A stretch of 64,000 nt of DNA. Source: Octopus sinensis. Lineage: Eukaryota. Position numbers and translations under genes: made by a program. The DNA lies in NCBI RefSeq assembly GCF_006345805.1, contig NW_021831989.1:186001-250000 (forward strand), given 5' to 3'. Below, piece after piece: positions 53,560 through 64,000 of this stretch. Below the pieces are notes generated by a model that saw only the letters and a list, made by a program, of their open reading frames with translations, had not been told where the DNA came from and ran no database searches. The stretch's first letter is position 1, and the number at the start of each line of letters is the position of its first letter.

Positions 53560-54120
53560 CTTTTATCAGTTTTGCAATATCTTGTGTCCAACGTGAATAT
53601 TTATGAAAAATCGAAATTTTTTATTTCCAACAAATTTGCGGAAATCCGAGTTGACACAAATCTTCCGACGGATAATGCTATCAACCCGACATATTTGTTT
53701 ACGACAAATCGAGCAACACAATTACACTTATCGATGTGGGGATTTCTTTATAAAATTGTCTCAAGCAGGTCGAAGTAAAAAAGTTATACAAATACGACTT
53801 GCTGGCAAATGACCGGGAGCGATCCACCGGGCGAAAGTGAAGATCGTCCCTTTTGTTATGACTTAAGACGGAATCATGTCCAAATTCTTCAAAAACCATC
53901 TGGAGGCGCTTGGCGTCAAGGACATAGTGAAGACCTAAGAGAGCAGGAAAGCCAAGACAATGTGCGGGTCATCGATGCCTGTTGAGGAGGTAGCCCCTTA
54001 ATCTCGACTGTGCGTTGAAATCAATCTGGCCATTTGAACGTTAGGCCTAGGAGGGTGATGTCAATGTAACAAAATACAACAAATTACGAAAACGGAAACT
54101 GAATAACTATTAATTCTAAT
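53560..54120 (+). mobile_element. R4/Dong-like 3' fragment
   Basis: FAEIRVDTNLPTD and KKLYKYDLLANDR; 3' end matches 1020-1100. Confidence 0.75.
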
Positions 54121-54300
54121 AATGCAATTATATCCATTGTTATAATCAATAAGATCCGCCTTGAATCTTTCATTTGGACTTCTTGCCGTTACATGGTAAT
54201 TAGAATCGGATATTTAAGTATATTTATTATAAACTACTTTTATCGGCCTGGAAAATTCAGAAAATTCGCAGTTGTTTGATAATTAAGCGTTTCACTTTGG
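54120..54300 (-). mobile_element. Ginger2-like integrase fragment
   Basis: ARSPNERFKADLIDY..GY corresponds to RCRDRYIADLIDL at ~44650. Confidence 0.5.
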
Positions 54301-54765
54301 GTTAATCTTGTTTTTTAACAAAATTAGATGCTAGCTAGATAAGTAGCTAAAAGGATAGTCCAGAGCCTAAGGGTTAGCTCAACGACGCCGCGCTGCGTAT
54401 TGAATAGCAGTTTTCGCAGAGCACACGTATTTCGTCCTTTTTGACTGTTCAGTTTGAATACTGGCAGACCCCGGGTTGGTGACGATCTTTGGAAACATCG
54501 TCGCAGAAAAAGAGTCGATGTGGGTGGCAGGAACTTTTTTTGCTAAAAGTAAAAGTAGTCATCTTGTCGGAACGCTTACCGTCACTCCAGTAAGTGTCCT
54601 AAAATTCATGTTTTCTTTTCTTCGAAATTTATCATTAATATATAGGTCACTCTGTCAAATATGAAGGCTACCCGGGCATCATCCTGGTTGCCGCGTGAAG
54701 CGTGACATATTAGACCAACAAACTCTGAAGCATTGCTTCTTTTCTATCTTTTCTGTTAACTAAAA

Positions 54766-54767
<2 letters not shown>

Positions 54768-54806
<39 letters not shown>

Positions 54807-55136
54807 TACAAACAAGACAAAAATTACAGATAGCTAAGTTAGTTAAAGGCCTCACGAGACACCCGACCAGCCGCGCGAATGGCGAAGACGTTCCCTCGGA
54901 TCACAGCAATCGACAGACGTTCCAGGAGCCAAGAAAACTCTCTTGGATCGTGACTAGTCCTTGAAATCCGTCGACCGAGCGAGCGAAGGAAGCGGAGTGT
55001 CTTGGGACCGAAGATCCCGGAGGACTCCAAGGCAATTGGAGTAAAGAGCAGCGAGTTGGACAGGTGGCCGTACTTGAGAATCTTTCGCTCCTCGGCCTGC
55101 CTGGAAGCGTGCCCAGGATTGGCGGCGGACAGCGCG
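54768..55136 (-). mobile_element. 5'-truncated CRE-clade retrocopy with poly(A)
   Basis: Run of >30 T (poly(A) on the minus strand), short 3'UTR and RLE C-terminus; candidate TSD AAAAAGT(T). Confidence 0.88.
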
Positions 55137-55399
55137 AAAAAGTTAGTTAAATAAACGACTTATGTAAAAAACCGCACTTTCCGCAGAGCCAGGTAAAAAT
55201 AATTTTCTTTACAAAATAGTTTAGTAGCGAGCAAGAGAATATTTATCGAAATTTCCCAGAAAATTTCGATTATTTGCTAAAATTATGGCGAGAAGCAAAA
55301 ATTGTATTCTAGTTTCTATCACAGAATGAGAAGGTTTAAACAATACAACAGGTTTAGGATAAACTTCATAAGTCCAAAGTTTAAATACAACGATCTTCG

Positions 55400-58300
55400 A
55401 TGATTTTTTGAATCTACACTAAGTAAAAGAGATATTTTTAGAATTACTCTACACATCCAAACATATCAGATTTTAACTTTCAGATAAAGTTACATCGAAA
55501 TACTCAAACAGCCATCAAATTATCCCAATCTATATCCAAAAATCCAAATTTTGCCAAGATGAAATCAGAATCATATATCAATAAAATAAGAAGTACAAAA
55601 ATAGGATATCTAGAATAACTTTATCTACGTCGGGCTGTTTTCTCAGAAAATTCGGAGAGGTTCTCGTACAGTTTATTTTTATAATTGTCAAAACCCAAGC
55701 ACCACGTCGATGCTTATAAATTTGTTAAAAGAACGTGTCAGGGTCTGCCACTTTTGGTCTTCCAAAAAGGATAACAAACCAGAAATTAAAAGAACAAGAA
55801 AATATAAATAAAATTGTTAATTGTATAAAGTTAGAATAAACATTTGATTACCGACATAATATAAAATTGTTAGATCGAGGCACTGCTGAGAAAGGTAACC
55901 CACCTTCACAAAATATGACATAAAAATAACCTATTCTGTAAATATTTACTTTCTGTGTATAAAAAAGTGGATGTATTCTCCAACTTAATCTTAAACTGAT
56001 ATTTCTCAGTCGATTCCATATCATAGACCATTCGAGGCGTCGTCCTTGAAGACAAAATACACAATTTTTGTTTGCATTGAGGAAAAGTCTTCAAAACTAC
56101 AAAACTCCAAACCTCTGACTCCGAAAAATAGTCAGTGAAGAAATAAAGCCACGAATCATTCAGAATAACAAATAATTTTTGTTTTGACGACTTGGACTGT
56201 CGATAAACATATTCCGAAAAAGTCGTCTAAACGTAAATTCGCCTACTACCATAAACATGTCGAAAACAGCAGAAAGAGAAAGCGAACACATTCGGAGACT
56301 CGAACTTTTGCTGATCAATCCATTTGTGAATAGTTTGGGATTGACTTGACGGTATGAGGGAGTGCCATTTTGAATGGGCAGACCATTCTGGACACAAATA
56401 CAGGCACTGATGTCACTCATCCACTTTTCCTTGTCTTCCTCGTTTCTGTCCTTAAAAATCCAAAATAACCTTGCTTCACAAAATATTTCCACTCCTTCAT
56501 GGAAAACTGAAAACTTGCATCCCTCCCAATTCGATAGTTGCTAAAATACCAATAATAAACCACCGTCGGACTGTTCAACGGAATCCGTAAGTTGACAGTA
56601 AACAAATGGTCGGTTGGTTGACACAAAATCAACAAATTTTGGAACTAAAAATTCATTCCAAGAAAATAACGAGCATGGCCAGTCGAATTGAGGAATCGAC
56701 CCCAAGCACTCCAATTCTCACAAAATGTTGGGCAATCAAGTCCTGGGGACATTCCAAACATGTCTGACATTCTCTTATACACAAAAATCCGACCTACATT
56801 TCAAAAAAGGCACAACCACATCCCTCAGGTTATTTCGATATGTCTCAAAAAACTGTTCTAATCTCCCAGAAAATGCTAAAAATGAACTTTTAGATCATAC
56901 ATTGCAAGAGGGTGTCCTCCACCAGACAGGAATTGGATATTTCTAAACCAATGAAGACATCAACCAACCAGTAAGGACTGTCCGATAGTAGTACAGCTGC
57001 TGTGCTGGCCGTAGAAAAAGACGTACAAAAGGCACGTGAATTTTTTCTCCCAAAACCACACATTCATCAGAAAAGGCAGGAAAATTGTAGAATGTGTCCA
57101 TTAAGATGTGAATGACATCACTTATCCCCATCATATAGGCCGAGTATAACTACAAATGAGTGGCAATCAGTACAGCCAATGACTTGAAGACTGAGGAAAA
57201 AAACGCAAAAACACAATTCATAAGTTGCTCTCCATTCCTAAAGTAACACTCCCAACCATTACGAAAGTTCCAAATTCTCGGACACAAGACAAGACAAAAG
57301 TTGATGGAGATGCTCCAAAGGAATGAAAAGATGAGTAAACTTGTATTCCAGTGAGTAAGGCAGAACCTTCTCAGCCACATGTTTCAAATCCTGTGGAAAT
57401 GCAGGAATAAACCAACATTAGTAATATATCTCAATTCCCTGCAGTACACCGACTCTGATATGTACAACTCGTATAGAATGTCGTAAATGGGAGGAACAGC
57501 ACTGGATCTTCTGCTTATTCTCTTGATACTATAAGGCCGGGGTCCTCTCGGCTGTGGGACACACTCCGGCACTACAAAAGATGTCCTCGATTCCTCAGAT
57601 GCCTCTTTCTGAGGCAAAGTCTGACTGTTTTGAGAAATATTTTCAGAAATATTTTCACTGCCGACTGGAGACACTTCCTTCACGATTTCTCGCTGAGGGA
57701 CATTGTCTTCTGACACAACCTCTGCACTGTCGGGGACTACTTCAGGCGATTTGGAGTCCCCTTGAGAATTGGAGACGGGTTCCTTCGGGAGTGACACTGT
57801 GGAGACCGGAATGTCATCATCGATCATAACTTGGTTCAAAACAAGATTGGAGCACGTATTAATACTCACTCTCACATGGTTAGACCGTCTGAAATTACGA
57901 CTGAATGAGGTCTCAATAATTCCACAACGAATCATTGCTTTAAGAGTTCGACCACTGTAACGAAAACGTGACCCTCGTTTGAAAAAACTGGTCCACCCAA
58001 CTCGTTTATTCTTCTTATGAACAATATCCTTATAAAATGACAAATTCTCCCACACAATCTTCCAATATGCTCTGCACATTGAAGCATTATCAAACACATA
58101 CTCAGCCTAAATAGACAAATATGACTAACCTGTTCTCCGTTTGACATATTGTGGACAATTATGAGTCGACGTCCTTTAAAGACGACGGAATATATTATAT
58201 CCCAGGAATACACCACCACCAGACTATTCCCCTCGTATATCGACACTCCCAAATGGTTTGTACACATCAACAAATGTCGACCCACCTGAGAACTCTACAA

Positions 58301-59027
58301 ATATATATAAACATAACCTCACAGACCACAAATCGTTTTCCGTACGAATCCAACCTCCGAGCTCTGTCTAATAGTTTAAAATCAGCTTCGGCTTTGAACA
58401 TTCCTTTGCTCAGTTTGTAAAATTCAAGGCACTGTTCTTCGATGTGTTTATTGGAGGAAAAAAGAGCACTTCCGAAATCTATTTGTACCGTTTTTATGTG
58501 ATCGTAGTCTCCGTAGTCGGCTGGATTTGACATTTGCTGAGATACCCTGAAGAATGTAGGCCAACATGACAGCCATGTCAGTATCCGAGCCACGAATGAC
58601 CCCTTCTTTCAAATCATGGGATATTTGAAGCGCAAAAAGATATCTAATCGATAAAACGCGGGAAATCACCTTGTATGTTCATTTGTGAGTGTACTTGGGT
58701 CTTCGATGTAGAATTTGACTCGAAAATAGAGATTTATGGTCTTGAGGTGACTGAGTTGTCGACGGAGGTTTTTTTCTCGGTCCAACCAAGCCTGAAAGTT
58801 GATTTTGTCAAAAAACGTGATTTCCGTTCTTGTCTGTGAATTGGAGGCCAAAATAATCCTTTTCGATGACTCCCAGGACTTGGCATGAACAGTCAAAGAG
58901 CTCACAGCCCATCGTTTTAGACTGGATTGGGTGAAAGAACGTCAACCTTTAACTGGAAATTGGAGGAGGTGTTGTCCAAGTAGTTTACTTTGATGTTGTA
59001 AAGTTTGTTGAGGTGGAGGAAGAACAT
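55400..59027 (-). CDS. FERM-RhoGEF(DH)-PH-PH protein (FARP1/2-like); 3' end approximate
   Basis: EKDYFGLQF..WLDREK..FRVKFYIEDP..TRYLFALQI; FA domain FFKRGSRFRYSGRT; DH ELYISESVYCREL; PH remnants. Confidence 0.85.
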
Positions 59028-59352
59028 TGTCACCAAAAGAGGTAAATGTTGAAATTTGAATTTTATTCTATTATTAAAGATAAGATAAATAACCGAGATA
59101 TTAAATTTTGATATTATTTAAATATATTATTAGTAATAATAAAAGTCCCACTAATATACTTTTAATGGAGAATTCGATTAATTATAATTAAATTATTTTT
59201 ATAATTTAACTACAATAAATAAAATTTATAAAATTTAAAAATTATTGGAAACTATTAAAAACTATCAGAGCTTGTTAACATTAATTTATTTTATTTTTAA
59301 TTAATACATTTTGAATAAGTGTTAATTAGCCTTGTGGGACTTTTACTCTCAC

Positions 59353-60179
59353 ATGAAAAATCATCCCTTAATTAAAAAAATAAGCAAAATAAAACAAAAA
59401 AATAAAACCACCCAAAATACAATTCTCAACTTTGGCCAAAAAAAGTCTGTCCATCGCTGTCCAGAGTGCGGAATGCTATATCAGCCCTCTGACCCAGACG
59501 ACCGACTGACACACCTCAAATTCCACAACGCGAGTGCTTCTATCTTTCATTTCCCGACAGTAAAACAGTAAATATAATATAAAGATAACCCCAACTAACG
59601 CCAGTAGAATAGTAAATCAATTTTCCGACGGAATTATATTAATGATTGACCCTCAAAGTCCCTCTTCGTTTATTAAAAAGGCAATTCTTAGTTGGTGACC
59701 CTAAAGTTAAAGTCAGTCCTTAAAATCGTGGACGATGAGTTGGGGATGATCAGTCCTTTCGGCGACATTTTCAAAGTTTTGTTAAAATATGATTATTTTA
59801 GTCTTTTTTGTTTATAAATGAGGGTAACCACGTGATTGGGCTGTGTCATGCACTTTTTGTGAGAGAAGCTCAGCAGATTATTCATTTGGCTGACGGAATG
59901 CTCGAATCCAGCAGAATTGTTGCGCTTTCTAAACCTGTCCGTGTCGATTGTGGGGTCAGTCGGATTTGGGTAGATCAGTCTTTTAGAAGAAGGAGAATCG
60001 GACATCGACTTTTGGATGCTTTGCGGTTTTTTAAGACTATTTCATTTTTTAGTGCTAATTTTGTGTTTGGGCGGTCTATCAGCTGTCGAGGACTTGCTTT
60101 TTCTGACCCCACTCCTGCTGGATTGGGCTTTATCAGGAAATATATGAGTAATGAGTCGTCAATATTTGTTTATACTTGA
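59353..60179 (+). CDS. ESCO2: Cohesin acetyltransferase Eco1/ESCO
   Basis: PIP-like QNTILNFGQK, zinc finger CPECGMLY..DRLTHLKFH, CGVSRIWV..RRRRIGHRLLD and AFSDPTPAG. Confidence 0.88.
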
Positions 60180-60504
60180 CATTTGTTTATAAGCTGATTT
60201 TTTGTAGCAGAAAAAATAAGGTCTTTTGACTAACTGATTTTAATTTATTCAAAAAGTGGGTTTTGAGTGGTAGGACGTGAACAATTAAAATAGAACTGAC
60301 AGGGAAAGGGGAATTTGACTGTGTAATGACATTGATTTCAAATATTAGTTAATTGGTCATGTCTTTACTGTGCAATCAACTGTTTTTGGATACAATTTTA
60401 ATTAAATCGTCATTCTGCTGTGCTTAATTATATTTTTGTAGTCATAATTGGCCTTAATTAATAAATTTTGGACAGTTTTCACAAAAATTCATTATATTTG
60501 GAAA

Positions 60505-61018
60505 GTTTATTTATTTTTTAAGTTGTCTTGAGAATATTTTCGTTCTCTCATTTTGAGAAACAACACTTTTGGTTCCATACCCTTTTCTATTCAGTTTTAA
60601 ATAGAATATGCAACCCTTTGCTCTGTTTTCTAAAAAAGAAATCAAAGAAGCAGCTTCTTTCAACGTACATAACTTTGAAACGACATTTTTCTTTTCGTTT
60701 TTGCTTATTTTGCGACTACGAGGCAGTAAATTACAAAGTCGTTTCAAATCATCGAATGCTGCATTAATTCCATTAACTCTACTTCTACAAAAATCTCCAA
60801 ACAACGACCTTTCTCGACTGTTATTGATCTGTCTTTTTGCTTCAGCCTCGTTTAATTGTGTGTCTCTAATTTTATTTTTAAATAATAAAACCTTGTTCTA
60901 GTTGTGTCAGGAACACTGTCTTGTGAGTAAGAATATCCACCGCAGTCCCAATTCTAAATATAAACAACTTTTTATTTACATATTTGTGATTATACTCGTA
61001 CAAATTATTGCTATTCAT
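60505..61018 (-). CDS. bHLH transcription factor (E-protein/daughterless-like basic region)
   Basis: INNSRER/SRVNGINAAFDDLKRLC...SKLCTLKEAASLISFLE after removing a mini-intron. Confidence 0.8.
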
Positions 61019-61039
61019 CCCAGTCGGAACATATGAAGA

Positions 61040-61712
61040 AAACTGCAATGATTAAAAAATATACTTGATCGTTATATGATTCATAAAAATATTCAAAATT
61101 TGTTTGTCGATCATTTGAATTTGTGTGGAAAACATAACAAGGCTCAAACCCCTGAATTTATTTACAAATCGTTTTACATAATTATAATTGTTTTGTGTGT
61201 TGGGCATTGGAATTGACCAAAATGAAGCTGCAAATAAAATTAAACAAATTACTGTTTATATATTTCTGATTAACGTCCATTTCTATTAATTTATGCGAGT
61301 TTATTAATTTATAGACAACTCTGAACCATTCCAAGTCAAGAGGACACTTTACTTTAATTTAGTTGTTCTCAAACATACATTTAATCGATTTAGTCTGGAA
61401 ATATAAAATTAAATTAATTTAAGCAAAACTGACTTAACTGAATGTACATTTAAAGTCACAGAGCGTCATTATGGCCTACATTTAGAAACATGTTAGAATA
61501 ATATTTATTGTTTAAAATTGTTTTAAATATGTATATAAAGTCAAATCAAAATATAAATGGACTCCAGCTGTTATTCTCTTTATGAAATGACTCTTCTCAA
61601 GACATTCACAATGTGAAAGAAATGAAATTATAAATTCCAATAAAAATCGAATATGTTTTCGGTTATTCTCAATTAAATAAGAATTCTTACAATGGGCATA
61701 TTTTTCTAACAA
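61040..61712 (-). pseudogene. Possible MRG-domain (MRG15-like) gene or remnant
   Basis: RITAGVHLYFDLTL and GLSLVMFSTQIQMIDKQIL weakly resemble MRG helices; the frame could not be fully reconstructed. Confidence 0.3.
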
Positions 61713-61744
61713 AATAAATATTTATTAATTAAACAATAAAATTA

Positions 61745-63143
61745 ATGATGTCTCCTGTTTTAGTGATGACCAGGAATTACATAAACAGACTACCAAAAAT
61801 AATGTTCTATTCGACCAATGTAGTCATTCTATCACCAAAAAATAGTCCAAATTACGAAAAACCAGCCTCTATGACTTCCACAAACAAATGAAAGCAAAAA
61901 TGTTCAACTTTGAAGGATGGAACATGCCTCTTCACTACGAAACCTCTCCCTTTTCAGAACATAGTCTGGTCAGATCCTTCGTGGGGCTATTCGACGTCTC
62001 CCATATGAGACAAGTCGTCTTCTCTGGCCAAGACACAGCCAAGTAACCTCCCTTCTCCAATTGGAGACTCCTCGACTACACAACCGTGGCTGATATATTC
62101 AAAATGAAACCAGGGACATGTCAGTACACTGCCATGTTAAACAAGGAGGCGGGAATTATTGATGACCTCATCATTTCTAAGGACGAAGAACATCTCTTCT
62201 ATGCTGTCCTTAACTGCTCACAGGCAGAGACTGACATTACCCACCTGAAGGCATATTTTATTTATTTTATTAATTTAAAAAATATATTAAATATTTAGAA
62301 TATTTCTAATGAAAATAAATGGAATGTAAATATACAAGAACTTGATGCTTCTTTGCTGGCTATCCAAGGTAATCAAGTTTTGGCGGGAATTTCAAGGTCC
62401 TTACTCACAGGAGTGTCTCCAGAGGGGTTTGGATATAAATTTGAGTAATCTTCTGTTCATGCAGTGTGTCCCCTCAGTGACTGCATTCGGTATTCCCGAT
62501 TGTAGGGTTTCCCGCGTTGGGTACACCGGAGAAGACGGATTTGAGGTTTTTTAAGTTTTTTATTGAAGTTGATGGTCCCTTGTGAGTCAGCGGAGTTTGT
62601 GGTTTCACAAATCCTCGACTATTCTAAAGACGGTCAAAAAACAGGACTAGTCGGGTTGGGGGCTCGTGATTACCTCCGAATTGAGGCTGGGCTGTGTTTA
62701 TATGGAAATGAACTCAATGACGTCACAAACATCAAAGAAGCCGGTCTCTCATGGATTTTGAGTAAGTCACGTGCCGAAATTAGAACCCGCCAAACTGGAG
62801 GCCGAGTCTTTTCTCGGATGGGAAAAAATGAAGGAAATTAATAAAAACCCTCCAAAAAAGACCCGGAAAGGATTGATATCTGAGAAGGGGACTCCCCTGC
62901 TGAGAGGTAGTGTTGGTAGGGGGATTGCCAGGGGGGACTAGTCTATACACCCAGTGTGGGAGGAGAGTGGGATATGCCACTAGTTCGTGTAGTAGTAGGT
63001 ATTTGGATGCGAATATATCGATGGGATATGTGGAGTGTGGTGTTAAGTCCAGGGTTGTATTTGAGGTTAGAGGAAGGCAATATGAGGCTACTGTGGTTAA
63101 ATTGCCATTTATTGTTCCTCGTTATTATAATTTTGTTTGTTGA
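61745..63143 (+). CDS. AMT: Glycine cleavage system T protein (aminomethyltransferase), mitochondrial
   Basis: [62 protein letters not shown] and VVKLPF. Confidence 0.95.
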
Positions 63144-63247
63144 CTGATAATCATATTTTTGAATAGTATTTAATTAAATTGATTTAATAATAATAAATAT
63201 TTAGTGGTAAGGCAGTATATTGTTGTTGTATAAAAGTTTGTTTGTGA

Positions 63248-64000
63248 TGAAACTTTTAGTGGTGGGGAACAAGTCCTGGTTTTTTAATCGTCGAATTTTT
63301 GGAAACAAAAAACGAAGCACAATCAACGAAGCAGAAAAACAAAAGCCAAAAAAGGGAAATGTATTCTGCAAAATAACATTTCTGGACGGAACTGAAATCT
63401 GTTGTGAACAACGTGTAATATTTCCCTCCATTTAATTTAAATAAGAAAAAGTGCCTTGGAATTGATTTGATTGAATTAGCCATCTACCATTTGGACTTGA
63501 TAGAGAAGGACTACTTCGGACTGCAGTTTGTGGACTCGGACAACGTAAAGAGATGGCTCGACCCACTGAAAACACTCTCCCACCAATGGAAGAGCAAATC
63601 TCTCTTTGACCTCAACTTTGTAGTCAAATTCTACCCTTCCGAGCCCAACAAGATGCGAGAGGAGTGCACTCGGTGGGCTATTTGTGGGTGTTGTAGATAT
63701 CAGGTTTATCTCCAGCTAAAAAACGACCTTTTCACGGGCAAATTGGAATGTGGGCAGGACGTGGCTGTGGAATTGTCGGCTCTTGTTCTCCAATGTAACC
63801 AAAATTATTATTTTAGCCGAATTGGGTGATTTTAACAGGAAAAATCATTCTCTTGGAAATATTTCTGAATTTCGGTTTGTGCCCAACCAAAGTGAACAAT
63901 TTGAGAGACTTGTTTATGACGTTTTCCGGACATATCGGTTGGAATATTGGCAGAATTGCAGTGGTTTGACTCCCGAACATGCCGAATTGGCATTTCTGAA
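63248..64000 (+). CDS. Band 4.1/EPB41L5(Yurt)-like FERM protein, partial (runs off window)
   Basis: CKITFLDGT, IEKDYFGLQF, VKFYPSEPNKMREECTR/YQVYLQLKNDLFTGKLEC and GLTPEHAELAFL. Confidence 0.88.

Noticed and set aside
1-64000. Trans-splice acceptors upstream of start codons
   Set aside because: An AG shortly before ATG is seen for DRG2, UNC50 and FKBP6 but not consistently; this is expected by chance without cDNA evidence.

Overview
Eukaryotic, AT-rich, gene-dense DNA from a genome-reduced animal. Most introns are only about 23-31 nt long, so the ORF track fragments every gene. The genes are metazoan-type (receptor PTP with Ig/FN3, FERM-RhoGEF, bHLH) and include a probable cilia-associated EFCAB5-like gene. 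This fits a reduced ciliated parasite such as a dicyemid mesozoan; that is an inference, and a myxozoan is not excluded. Recognisable genes: SPRTN, a SEC14-spectrin protein, RPL18, two FKBP6/shutdown-like paralogs, partial RALGAPB and UBR5, DRG2, EFCAB5-like, PP2A catalytic subunit, a WD40 protein, a LAR-type RPTP, UNC50, an ARF GTPase, FARP-like, ESCO/Eco1, a bHLH, AMT (gcvT) and a band-4.1 FERM gene running off the end. Between the gene blocks are nested transposon clusters: pogo/Tigger, hAT-Buster, Tc1 and IS630-like, Ginger2-like integrase, Helitron, and CRE, R4/Dong-like and RTE-like non-LTR elements. There is also an interstitial (CCCTAA)n tract. Main points of interest: ultra-short introns with recurrent GC donors; the same mini-introns inside transposase genes; an intact TPR-less FKBP6 paralog; an RPTP whose normally active D1 domain has lost its catalytic motif; and a UBR5-3'/RALGAPB-5' half-gene block abutting a Helitron end. 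No rRNA, tRNA or CRISPR could be supported. All protein identifications are by manual translation and motif recall, not database search.
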